Shown: positions 47,801-61,326 of the stretch, one piece after another | Position numbering within the stretch: the stretch's first letter is position 1 | How the letters are laid out: each line of letters opens with the position of its first letter | Assembly: GCA_965202585.1 (NCBI GenBank) | Contig: OZ241826.1 | Span: 87,978,001-88,042,000, forward strand | Source of the DNA: Thalia democratica | Taxonomy: Eukaryota | Reading direction: 5' to 3' | DNA: 64,000 bases | Made by a program: the position numbers and the translations under genes | Notes under the pieces: model-generated | Told to the model about the DNA's origin: nothing | Database searches by the model: none | Seen by the model: the letters and a program-made list of their open reading frames with translations, nothing else

Positions 47801-50800
47801 TTTATATGCAATAGTTAAACTAGCCAAATAAACATGCCGTAGTGGACATCAATCTGTTATGATTATTAATTAAAATATTTTAGAATAATTTTTCAATAAA
47901 TCCATCTTTCAAATTTATTAGTGCACACGTTATAAAATGATATTTAGAAAATTAACTTTAAACTTAAAAAAAATTATTTTTCAAAAATACCAATGTCAAA
48001 TAAACAAACGGGTACACCATCAAAAATACTGAGACTATTTATCTAACTAATACAACAACAAACTAACACAGATACGTGATCGTGAACATCAACCTCCAAC
48101 TTAATTAAAAAATAATTTTAATTGTTTTTAATTTAAGTTTAGAAAAACAGCATTTAAATTAAAAAAAAAACTACTTTTTCAAAATATCAAGGGAATATAA
48201 CCAACAGATACCCTATTAAAAACACTTGGACAAATGTTCCCTATAGCATATATTTATATACTATTAACACAGAAATACTGAGTTTTATCTAACTAAAAAA
48301 ACAATCAATCTAACACAGATACGCGATCGTGAACATAGACCTGGAGACGGGCGAGGGTCAGAAGCGCAACAAGGTGGTCATGCTCATGTGGGCGCCCGAC
48401 ACCGCCAAGGCCAAGGTGAAGATGACCGCGGCTGCCGGCAGCAGGGCGCTGAGGAGCAAGTTCAGCAAGTGCAACGCTTTCATCGAAATGCAGGCTGTTA
48501 GTTTGTTAAATTAATTGAAAATTTATTGATAATTTATCAATATAAATAAAAAATATTAAACTAAGCAGCTTATCCAATTTGATAAAGTTCACTACCCATC
48601 AAAAGCTGTTAGTTTGTTGTACAACAATAGTTAGATTATATTTATATTTAAAACTCAGTTATGACTAAATCATTTGTTATTAAAAAATTATTAAACTAAG
48701 CAGCTTGTTCAATTTAAAAACATTTACTACCCATCAAAGTATTGTGCCAAGTTTTCTAATTTCTATGCACATTTTGATATACATTGTTAGTTTGTTGTAC
48801 AACAATTCTTGATTATATTATCAAAAACTCAGTTATGACTGAATCATTTGTTATTAAAAAGTTAAAAACAAAGCAGCTCGAGCAAATTTTTAAACATGGC
48901 ATCACTGTAAAATGTACATAAGCTTTAGAATTTTATTAAAATTCATTGTACTCCATGTTAGCTTATTCTTTTTGTCAGTTAAAAATGTCATTTCACAATC
49001 GGTTTGACACATGTAATATAAATTCTCTTAAATGTGTTTAATTAGTATCATTTTATTCTTTGAACTTGTTAAGCATTTCTTTAAAGTTAACTTCGATTTA
49101 ATAAACCAGTAGAAATTAAAAAAAAACCTTTTAATGCCAATAAAACCATTAAATTTATTTAAAAATGTTAACTGTTATCAAAATAAGAAGGTTTAAGCAT
49201 ATGTAATATGATATCTGAAAGGAAATCTCAAAATAGGTATTCAAATATTTTCAATCAAAGTTAATGATGCGAAAACTTGACTTTGAAGAATAGTAATACT
49301 GAACAATTAAACTTTTTCAATAATGCTTTAGAAACAATAAAAATTTAGGCCCAATTAACATTTTTATTAAGATTTAAAAACAAGCCAGTTTGTTAGAAAA
49401 CTATTAAGTAGATGAAATAGTAAATATTATTCTTTTATGACTTACAACAAACAAAGTAGTTAAAATGTAAAAACAAAATGCAATAATTGCAGCTAATAAA
49501 ATGTTATTTTTAACAGCTGTTATTGTTACGTAATAATAAAAAAACAAGTTTGACATTTTATTGACCCTTTTCCTTGAATAGCAAGTAAACTTAGACCAAA
49601 GTTAGATATATTACTAAGTTTTCTCTTTATTTAACAATTTGCTTTAAACTTTTAAAATACATTTGAGTAATTGAAATGCATGGAAGTTTTTGTACATATT
49701 ACATTGTACAAACTTTCGTTGCTTCAAATGTTGAATTAAAAATCTTTAAAGTAGTGTTTTTAATTGTAACACTAAAAATAGATTAGCAGAGTGTTAATTA
49801 AAAATAAATTGTTTTCTGTAGTATTTGAACTTTTATACATTTATAATCATGTATATTTATATCCATCCATACTACGCATACCATACAACTATCTTAAAAA
49901 CCTATTATTTTTTTAGTTTTTTCTTAAAACCTGCTTCTTAAATTGAGTATAGTTTTAAATTTAGCTAGTATATTATTATCCATATCATATATTTAATTTT
50001 AAGCAACTAAATTTAAAATACGACATATTTTTAGCTTCAAACTAAAAGATTAATATTGTACATTTAGTTTATATGCTCAATATTGGAGGAAACAGTTCAA
50101 GCATATTCAAAAGCATGATAACAAAAAATAAAGAAATCTTTTGTAACGCTTTGAATATTTTTTATAAGAATTTTTGCATATTGCCACTCCTTTGCTTAAG
50201 AGATTATAAGATTTATTTGATGTTTCCATTTTAAACAAACATTTTAAGCAGTAGACTTCACAGTTATAACAGACATAAACGACACCAGTTAAGTATCTGA
50301 TAAAAAAATATTATTTGTTTGAAATTTTTATACAAATTTAGTTAGTTTCAAATTATATCATTTACCAAATAAGGTATGTGGTTCAATTTACTAACCACTT
50401 GAATAACTTGGTAGAATTTTGTGAGATATAATCTTTGAAAATGAACACAGACTTTTGTTTGATAAATTTTATCTTTAATAAGAAAACATTTGATAACAAT
50501 ATAAATTACTTACAATTTCTAGACATAATTCATTTTTCAATCTGGATAAGGTTTTTCCAATGTTAGAATTAACAATATCATGTTTTATGACTTCTTAAAT
50601 ATAATGTTAATTCATTCTCCGATTTCAGACATATTTTCTAAGTGCTATTTTGAAAAAGAAATCAAAGTTAAAAAAAGTGTTGTTGCTTAATGTACCATTA
50701 GTTGTAAATATCAATAATTTTTTATGTTGCCATTGCTTTCCAAATTTACGTTGCAAATAATCAAAATTTGTTGACATACTTATAATCACAAATGTTATCA

Positions 50801-51430
50801 GAAATATATTTTAAATATAGAAAGAATAAGACTAGAGTGTAACTTTAGATTTCGAATTTATTGTAACTCATATTTAAAAGCAGAAAGATTCAAACAAGAA
50901 TAAAACTTGATATTTCTAATACTTTTATTCATACACAATATTTAACAGAAAGAATTAAATAAAAATATAACTTAATATTTTTAATGTTTTTTTAACAGAA
51001 AGAATCAAACAAGAACATCAACGATGTGCTTTCAAAAGCGTTGAGGGCAGGCGAGGGGTGTACTTCCATCGAAGGCGTCAAAGTCTGTATGAACGATTGC
51101 AGGTACATAAGTTTTTGAAAGTTTTAAATTTTTTTGCTGATTCTGTGTTTACTAAATCAGCAAAATTACTTTTTAGAAAAAAAAAGTATGCTTTATTGTG
51201 TGAAGAAAAAGTAAAATTATTGTTTTAATGAAAATATTCGATAGAAAACATACAAATCTCAAACTTAAAATATCGGCCATGAGCATAAATAAAATTCAAT
51301 ATAGTTTAATATATGTTTTTAAAATCTTTTATTTATAATATTTCATTAATCTTTTTTCTCCTCACACAGGGAATACGTGTTCGCCGACGGAGGCAGCCAC
51401 TCTGACACCGACGATGACGAGGAAGAATAG
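44824..51430 (+). CDS. ADF/cofilin family actin-binding protein, 179 aa, with acidic C-terminal extension
   Basis: Exons 44824-44905, 45960-46074, 48319-48496, 50999-51102, 51370-51430 (phases 1,2,0,2; 540 nt). Protein MVSSGMKV...TYAIVNIDLETGEGQKRNKVVMLMWAPDTAKAKVKMTAAAGSRALRSKF...CTSIEGVKV...SDTDDDEEE*; YAI, WAPD, KM helix and SIEG match ADF-H/cofilin; AATAAA at 51673-51678. Confidence 0.92.
44943..45132. mobile_element. Degenerate hAT-type MITE in cofilin intron 1
   Basis: Perfect 8-bp TSD GTTTAGAC (44935-44942, 45133-45140); ggtggcaaactatggcc left end and ...accctg right end. Confidence 0.7.
48555..48895. repeat. Local tandem repeat, ~135-bp unit (about 2.5 copies) in cofilin intron 3
   Basis: attaaactaagcagctt at 48555 and 48690; tgttagtttgttgtacaac...aaactcagttatgact at 48607 and 48785. 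Confidence 0.85.
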
Positions 51431-54400
51431 ATCGTGACGTCACAAAAGAGATTTAGTTAATACGTCATCATCTTACATACAACTGCAGTTTCTCCTTACT
51501 CATTCGCGAGCTTTTTTTTTTTGATAATTCAATTACTTCTCTGAGCTGAAACTTTTCAGATCTTTTTTATTCCAAATTAATTAAGTTTTTGTCGCTCGTA
51601 CATCAGATTACTTTTGTAAGAATTAAACAAATTTTCTATTGAGTTTTTTATATTGTATTTGATTGTGAATTGAATAAATTTATTTCTACTGATACACGTT
51701 TTGTGGTTTCTTTTGATGTGTAATTAGAAGGATAGTTTCAGATATTCAAAGGAGAAATTCTTTCACATACCAAGGATAAATGTATGTATTATACATACAG
51801 TAAGTGTGATAGATTTTCTCATTTGAATACTTGGAATTATTCTTTACGCTTCATTTCGTTCACGTCAGGAATTCGTGCTTAATTGTAGATTTGATGTAAA
51901 CCGGTTTGTTAAATATGTTAAGCTGGAATTGCAAGTAAAGGTTTTTATTTTTGAGCACGTAATTCATTTCGGTTTAGATACTAAATTTATAAAAAAAGAA
52001 TAACTATTATCTTTTGATAAAATCAAAAATACTTACAATATATTAATTATATATTTATTTACAAGTAATACACCAACAAAACACAACTTTGTTAGTAGGG
52101 ATATATTGATACCAAAACATTTGAATCATTAACTTATTACCTGCCCAGTGTATAAAAGTAAGTAGAAATATTTTAAATTTATAGTTATTTCTGTTTGAAT
52201 TTCAGTTAGTATGGTAACACCTAATCAGGCTAACTTAAGTATTGGATACAATTTTAATTAAGAATAAAAGTCTGAAAGCAACCATTAAGTAGATCAATAA
52301 TTTATTACTAAGCAATCGTTGAAGTACAGTATTCACATGAAGTTATACTACATATAATTTTAAACAATATTGATAAAATCTCATAATTTGTCAGTACAAA
52401 GGTTTTTTATTTAAAAAAGATATCAGTTAAAGTATTAAGATATTTGTATCATATAGATAAATCAGTAATTAACTTTTTCTAAATAGACACTTTTAGTTCA
52501 GCCAAAATAAGGATTTCAATTGGTGCATTTAGGGTTTATTTTTTAAGAGGTTGGTATTTTTATTAGTGAGAGAAGAAAAACATTGAGTCAGTGTTTCTGT
52601 ACTTAATGTTATTCAAAAAAGATTGAGTAAGCTATCAATCTGTAGTTAAGATGTTAAATATTGAAATGTAACAGTTAAATAACAATCAAGTTATTTTTCA
52701 GAGGAAATATTTACATATATAATTTGAAATTGAAGAGTAAAATGTCAAAAAACTCTAGTATAAATAAGTCCAACTAGACACTATCTATCAACTCAGTCTA
52801 AATCAAGACACTTAAGTCTAAAACTTTGCTTGAAAACTATTCTAAAGGGGAATTTTATAGTCAAATTCAATTATAGAGTCATGAAGAAAAAATTTCTGAT
52901 GAATACTGTACTCTATTCTTTCTGTGTACAATTTAAAATAAATTCTGTTATACATATCAACACTGTTAATACCTGTTAGTAATTTTAGTTTAGTAAAACA
53001 ACTACTTACAAGCACTTTTTACAAAAACATTATTACATTTCTTGACAGATAAGGGCTGTCAACAGGTTTTTAATAAGTTCATCAAGTTTTACGCGTTAAG
53101 TTTTGTTAGTTTTTTATATGTGAGTTTCAACTTTAAGGAACTTAATTCGTTGTATTTGTTGTTAAACTTAAATTACTTAGTAGATAAAACTACATAAAAA
53201 TAAAGCGTTTGAAGTTACTTATACCCTATTTTTTCATTTATCAAACTTATACCTTATCATTTACACTCCCAAAACCTTTGTTGGTGTATCTTGGTAGTAT
53301 TTGTATGATTAAAAAGTCTTTCTGTACCACACATTTATTATGGCTCTTATTTTTCTTAAAACTATTGACTAACCAAGTTTTTCAAAAGTGATAGTTTCAA
53401 AAGTCTCTTAAAAATAGTTTGTATAACATTTAAAAGTTAAAGAAAAGTAAAGAAGGAGAATTAGAATTAACAATACTACTATACCTACTTTAGTGCATCA
53501 GTTATGTTATACATTAATACTTTTATTATGTATATTTATTAATTAATGTCAATATGTAGTATATTTGTACTACTAAACATAATCTTAATTATATAATTCA
53601 ATCACTTTAAAATAAGCTAATACAACTCTGCTCAATTTAAAAACTGATAAGCACTGGTAGCAATACCACTGCAAAACTGTAGTTTTAGAATAAACTTAGA
53701 AACACAAAATCTACAATCTTAATTATAGTAATTAAAAAATCAATGCAATGTTTGATATATATTGTTTATTGAACGAAAAAAAGCGCTTTGTTTACAAAAA
53801 AACCTTTCGGTTATCGAGTCATATACCACGGATACCTTTTAACGTCTTGCCGAAGACAAATTAAACATGCTATTTTTCTTTACTTCCTAGAAGTTTTTTT
53901 AAACGCTCGTTTTTTTATATTTTAAAATTTAACAATTTTCATCGATACATATGTTAAATTACATGTATATACTATTAACACTTAAAACTTCTTCTTAGGT
54001 TCATTTAACACAGTACAGTTTTTGTGGGTTTCAATCGTCTGTAACAACCTACATTCAAATATTATTTTAATATTTTCAAACTTAAAACAATACTGGGGTG
54101 TACGCTGTAATAATTTAACAAAAAAAAAGGTTCATTTCCAGTATAAAAATAAGTGCATTTCAATAGTTTATCATTAATAGGTACTTACTTTAAACCATAG
54201 ATTATTATTTACTTACCTCGAGCATTACTGTTTTCTAAGTACTGAAAATCAAAGGGTACTTTTTCTAAAACGTTTCTAATTTTTGAATCATTGAAATTAC
54301 CACGTATTTACTTGTAATGAAACTAAACAGTTAGTTTGTAATTAATACTGTATAAAATAGATAGAGTCCAAGATAGATAAGACCAAGCAATACTTTTTGG

Positions 54401-57400
54401 CCCGCAATAAGTTTTTCAGCCAAAAATCTTTATGAAAAAAAAAAAAAATTATATTTTTTTGTAATAAAAGTTAACTTATATGCTTTTTTACTTTGTTAGT
54501 GAGTTGCGCTGCCTACTTAGTGTTAATTAATACTTTTTCCTGTATGTTTTTTTTAATTTTTATTAAAGTAAAACTTTAAAAATGCTATGGCACGAAAAGA
54601 ACTTTTACTTGTTAATCTTTTCCGCAAAGAAACAATTAAGTTACTTTTACCCTTTCCTTATAACAGAATAATGACCTTCGTTTTAAGTAGAAATACTAAA
54701 GGCTAGGATGTTTTTAATCAAATGTTTTTATTTAAAAATGTTAAGGTTAAGATAATTTCGCTAAAATTTTTGTGTGAGTCTGCAAAAGAGAATTAGATGA
54801 TATACATTTTTCTACTTGCAAGTTTGTTTGTAGATTCGTATGTTTTATAAAAATGAATTAGGTCCTTGGTGTAGCTTCTTGAAAATAAAATTTACTTTGA
54901 CTCTCCTCTATTAGTACTTAAATATTAAAATAAAAAACTTTTCTAAGAAATGATTGAAAGCTTATGATTAATAGCTTCAAATTAATAAAAATCCTCAGAG
55001 ATGAAAAAAGTATATAAACTTTATTTGTTTCATGAGTTTTTCAAATATCATATGTCAAATATCGAAACTCTTTTTTAATTTATAAAAGCTGAAAAAGTTT
55101 TCTCTGTTAGCTTAGATTGTATTTTTAAACCAAAAAATGTTGATCCTGGCAAATTAAGAAAACAATTTATACCTTATCCCTAAAACATAAATCTAGGAAA
55201 AGATAGTTTATATCTCAATTCAAAACTTTAGTAATTGTTGAAACTAGTAGTATAGTAACAAAATTTTAGATAAACTTGCATTGTGCACACTAGATTTTAG
55301 ATTTATGTTTAAAACAATTCGTAAAGCAGAACAAGATAATTTAATCCTTAAGTTTTTACCTGTAGCTGCTTAAAAATGAATTTTACTTTGTTATTTTTTA
55401 ATTTCTTGGTAGTCAATTGAACATATATAAAAGTAGTACTCTTTAAGAGCTTATAGTTTTTTAGTTCTTCCAGTATTGAGGTTTACAACTTAAGACAAAT
55501 ACAACCCGTGTCATACAATTCACAAATGTACAGAGAATGTTAACTTACTTTTTATGTTTAAATAATTTTGTAGATTGTTCAATCAAGCTCATACCTACTT
55601 TATGTGCTTGATTGTGCTCAAAGAAAATAAAAAAGGGAAATAAAAAAAAAGCACTTCAGTATTTTTACAAAAATTTATAATCTAACATTTCATATTTCAT
55701 GTTTAAAAACTTTTTTACCAGATTTTACTTTTAATTACTTGAAGCTTTTATTTTTATTATCAACAATTGATCTTTATTTTTGCTTCGTTAAGTTGAGTCT
55801 AAATCAGTTCGTTATTTTGAATTTTTTTACTTTTATTCTAATTTTAATTTTATTAATTACATTGTTTTTGATTTTCTTGTAATATTCGGTACTAGTGATA
55901 TTTGGCAATGATAAAATTTCAGTTTTTCCATATTTACCTAACACCTTTTTAAGGCATAAAAACGAATAGTATTTTTAGAAAGTATTGTGGATAAAGGTGA
56001 GTTCTACTTGTTATGTACAAAATACGGTATAAATAAAATATGATTTTTGTATTTGATTAAAAAAAATACTTGAGATTTAGAATAGTCTCAAGGTTTTGAC
56101 GATTGTGGTAGCACAGTTTAAGCCATTATAAAAGTTGCAATAGAATTTTGAATATGTTAAAAAAGTATACTGGTTGTGTATATTTAAAGCAATGTTTTAA
56201 AATCAAATTCTGTGTAAAGAATTCCTGAGAGTAAAGAAAATACTTTTTATGTTTACATTACATGATTTAAAAAATTGTTGAGCTGCTAATTAAATAATAA
56301 CACATTCTCATAAAAATTGAAGTGAAAACATAAAATTACTTAACAACATTAATTTTTAGTTTAAAAAATTGTTTACTGCAATACTTAATGTGCTGAACTT
56401 TGTTTTGTTTATGTACCATTAAGTATAGCAGAGAAACAGAATTTAAGAACTACTGGCTTGAACAGTACATTTTATTAGCAAGAGTTTTTGTTGAACAGAA
56501 CAATAATGTTACTTAAGTTTATTAGCGTAAGTTAAGATTTAAAACTCAAAGTAACAAAAAAAAAGTCTCTTACTATAAAAGTACATAAAACGAAAGTTGT
56601 CAACTATGATTAAAAAAAGACTTTTATGAACACAAAGAATTTTTTGTAACTTCCCAGTGAAAAGTTTATGTCAAATATAATAATGTAATAACAAATACAA
56701 TACTAAAATCTAGTAAATGTAATTAATTCTTGTAACTTTTTGATATTTACTAAACATAAGACTTTTTTCAAAGTTATAGTCAGATACTTTGATTTACAGA
56801 AAACATTTTTTTAGTTTTATTTTTTTACATTTACTTAGTCTCTGAAAATTTAAGGAATATAATGTCAAATACTTTTTAACTAAATTTCTAGGGGGTTAGT
56901 CAAAATAAAACTCGATTTTAAGTTTTTTTTAAATATTCTTAAAGTAAGCTTATGCTACATTTTTTTTAAACTTTATAGTTTAAATTATTTTTGAAGGGTA
57001 GCTAAATATTTTTAAAATAAGTTTACGTATAAATTTTAATAAATAAACCTTTTACTTATACAAATATTTACATACATATATGTATTTTTATAATTCAATG
57101 TTTAAGCTTTATCTTAAATATTTATAACATCGGTTTTTTTATAGTCTACCAAAAGATATAACTTTTTTTTAGGGATCTAAAAGACAGTGCTCATGCTTTA
57201 TAAGATACTCTAATTGTGCAGATAATTTGTTTGAAAAAAACATACAAAAATTTGATTGGTCAAAAGATACCAAAAAATTATTTCTTTATAAATTTTGCTT
57301 ACTTTAATAATACGATTTTTCAGTAAACTAGATTTAAAAAAAACAGTGATTTATCTAACGAACAAATGCTTGAAACGTTCTATTTTTTTTCATGAACTTG

Positions 57401-58189
57401 CTACATTTATTATAAGTAAAGGTATAGCATGTTAAAAAGTAACATAAATGTATGTTTAAAAAAATTACTGTTACAAAAATAGTAAAATAGATGTTAGTTT
57501 ATGTTTTAGCTACTGGTTAGCATTATTTTTAGAAAATGTAATTAACAGCTCGAAAAAAAGTCTCTGTTTCACCATTTGTAGCTTAACAAATTGTTCAACT
57601 AAAATCACATACAACTTTTTTTATTACTTCATTCAAAATTAGCAGCACTTGTCTTTAAATAAAGTTATTTATTTATTAAACGACGAAAAAAAGCTTTTAA
57701 AAATTTTGGTTCATGGACCTAGTGGAAGAAAATAATTTTGGGTTATTTATTTCTAAATTAAAGAAGACTTATTGAAAGTACAAACCGTAGAATTAATACT
57801 AAAATAATAACAAAAATATTACTTATGATTTTTTCAACTTAGTGTAGAAGAATACTAAAATTTAAATACTAAATTAAACAAAAAAAAAAGATAATAATCT
57901 ATTAGCTACAACTGTATTTTTGCAGAAATATAACTAAATTTAGCAAACATCTTACTATTATCATTCAATTACCTTGTATAGATCACTAGTACTACAGTTT
58001 TTAAAAACCTATTCACAGTAAACTAGTAAAGAGTAGTTTTGGGTACACTTGGTAATTTAAAATATTCACTATAAAATTCAAAATAAAAACTACTTTGCTG
58101 AAGGAAAACTATTTTTAGCTTTTATGTAATCAATATCTAAAAAACTTGTTAAAAAGAGCTTAAATAGCAAGTTTTTTGAAAAAGTTTAA

Positions 58190-58390
58190 GATAAATCGCA
58201 TTATTGTTTATTAAACGACAAAAAAAGCGCTCAAAATATTAAGTTTTTTTTTAAATAATTTAAAATGAATCGCATTTTGTTTATTAAATGACAAAAAAAG
58301 CGCTCAAAATATTTGGTCCTAGGACCTGGTGCACAAAAAAACCTTTTGGTTATCGAGTCGTGCACCACGATAACCTTTAAACTTTTGCCC
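58190..58390. repeat. Repeat family A copy with a partial head duplication
   Basis: aatcgcatt(a/t)ttgtttattaaa(c/t)gacaaaaaaagcgctcaaaatatt occurs twice (about 58195 and 58268), followed by ggtcctaggacctggtgcac...ttatcgagtc. Confidence 0.8.
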
Positions 58391-61326
58391 AGTACAAGCA
58401 TTATTATTTGTAAGCATAATTGTGCACAGTGAAAAACGGGTACACTTCGGTTGGATCAAGTTATCAGTAGTTATAAAAAAGATTCAGATGTTTTAAAAGT
58501 AAGAGTTAAACAAAAAATCCTCCAGCAAAAGTTGTTGTGAATAAGTAATCAATGTCAGATTCTTGCAAAAAACCATTGTTTAAGAAGTTGTAAATATATA
58601 GAAGTTGAGGTTTAGTCCGTCCCGAAAATTATTCTAATAAAAATCTTTTTTAACTTTCTCACATTTAAACAGCTTATCAAAACAAATATTTTGATCTTAG
58701 TATGGTGTTCTATTTGTAAATATTAAAAAAACATTATTTAAAGTTTTTTTTTATCTATTATGTGTTCATATTTAAATCGAAAAAATTCAATTTATTTGTT
58801 CCGTAAAAAACTTCAACGTTTTATTTTAAGAACTTTAATAAATTTAAAGTTTCTAAAGCAAACAAGTTTATAAATTAAAATATTACTTAGTAAGTTTATG
58901 TTAAACACTGATAACTAATTAAAACTTCTTTGTTAACTTCTGAAAACTTTTCTTAACCATACTAAAAAGTAAACTAAAAATACAAAGATTTCAAATAGTT
59001 TAAATCTATCCAAAATTCCTAGTGTAAGATAATTGGAACAGTGCATGTCTACAAAAGTTAAGCATAAAAACATTTTCCTTAGAAATTGTTTGCATGATCG
59101 TGATTTGTTACAGTAAAATGACCAGCATACATAAAGCTGTTAATTATAAACTCTTTAAATAAATTGTTAAATAAAAAAAAGCTAGTACTTCTTGCAACTT
59201 TTCAAATCATTTACTCCATAAACAAACACTTCCATATTTATTTTTATACTTTACACACAAATAGTTCTTAGTCTTAAAAAAAATTTAGGTTTTTTTAAAC
59301 TACTTTGAAACTGTAATTGTATAGTTGTTATAATAATGATACAGCGGTTAATCATATGTATGCCCGATGAAACCAAAATGTCACATGATTATGTTGTTGA
59401 TTATGCAATGCTTACTTGTAAAGAAAACAAAGCTATAAAAATCTTCCAAATTTTCAAAAGACTTAATATTTTTCTGCAGTGTTTATCAAATTAAGCACTT
59501 ATGATTATTTTAACCGTTCATTTTTATTGTTTTAAAACATTTAATTTCACGTTTTCAATAATGTACTCTAAACTTGAAAAACTTTATTTTTATAAAAAAA
59601 TTAAAGAACATTAAAACTTTTTTCATGGGGCGGCCATAATTTGAAACATACAAAAGATATTCTGGGGTTGATAAAAAAAAAGAAATCTTGTCGGGGGGCC
59701 ATAGCTTTTGTTTTGTTTCTTTGATGGGAGCCTTCATAATTTTTTTCTAAGAAACCCTGGTCTAAGTAAACGAAACTATGTTTTTTTAATGTTAAGTCTT
59801 ATCTAATTATAGTTGTAAACTTAGATTTTAATTTTTAAAATATACTAATATTCATACAGACAGTTTGAGCTGTATATATTATTCAAAACATCAACAAATT
59901 TACATTTAATTGTTTAGTCATTACAAAGAATCGTCTTAAAATTTTTGCAAAAAAAAACAAGATTGCGTTATATATGAAGGTATTCTTTAAAATTTTGTTG
60001 ATTGCGTTTTCTTATTTTTAACAGTATTCACAAAAACAGTAGATACTTAACAAAAATTTACAATTAAAGAAAAATATTTTTGTATGAAAAAAAATTTAGT
60101 TCTAAATAGTTGCAAATTTACCTATAAATGAATGCATATTTAAAAGAGGTAATTCTATTATTAACAATTAATTGATAGAAAACTTTAAAAGTGCTCTTTC
60201 ATACACTACAAATAACTAAAAGGTTTAACGGGATTTAAATCAATTAAAGCAGAACATATTTTGATATTTGAAAAGTTTAAATTTTTATGGCAATTAAACA
60301 TATATTTGAGTAAAATACAGCTAGAGCATAAATATAATTTACTTGGCAAAATTTTAAAGATTAAAAAAAGTTATAAAACATAACATTATTATTTGTAAAT
60401 AAAATCATCTGTTATATAAGTACACTAAATGATACTAAACTCCATTTTGTTATAATGAAATAATAAGAATTTGTTAAAAAGATATGAACATTTTGTTAAC
60501 TTATTATTTCAAGTTAATATTAGCTACATAGTATGTCAAAATCCATATATATCATATTCTCTTCATTAATTAACTTTAAATAAATTATTTTGAAGCAAGT
60601 TAAACCAGCACAGTACAAATAAATATTAAGTGTTAAACACTTTTCTTTAAACAGCACAAAAAAAAATACAGTATTTAAAGTTTTTTTTTTTGAATTTATG
60701 GAATATAATCAGTAACTCAAGAACAATACTTTATAAACTAAACATTGTCTTGAAACTTAATATTTCTAGTTATTCTACTTATTAATAAACAAACGCCCTA
60801 AACAATATAGTTAAATTATACCTATCAATAGCAAAAAAAAACATCTCCTAAAAAGCTACAGAATATTTAAGTGAAGAAAATTAAAACCCTTAAGTCGTAG
60901 GTAGCCAATGGTTTTTGAGATTTTTTTTCTAGGTTTTTGAAAGTATACATTTTTTGGTCTATTTTTAGTTTAAAAAACTATAAAAAACTGTGTTAAATAA
61001 TATAAAACCATTTAAAACATACTGTAGAGCTACTTAAAATGTATTTTTAATTTAAAAAATTTGATGATGACAAAAACTTTCTATATATATTATAGATTTT
61101 TCGTGTGATATCCAAATTTTACTACTTAACATTTAAAACTTCAGGTTTTTTAGTGATTCTAATTCAAAATTCAAGAATTTTTTTTAGCTTAGATAGACAA
61201 GTTTCAGGTTTAGTGGCCACCATGTTAAGTCTTAAATACTGATTCAATGTTACTTTCCATTAAAAAAAAACCACTAAAACAATAAATGTTGTTTGATTAA
61301 AACTACCCGAAAACACTATTCCCTGT

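Noticed and set aside
51434-51443. Perfect CRE palindrome GTGACGTCAC just after the cofilin stop
   Set aside because: A single short motif in a GC-rich exon tail, with no promoter context.
58425-58452. CACAGTG heptamer suggesting an RSS or Transib end
   Set aside because: No nonamer at 12 or 23 nt spacing and no matching inverted end found.
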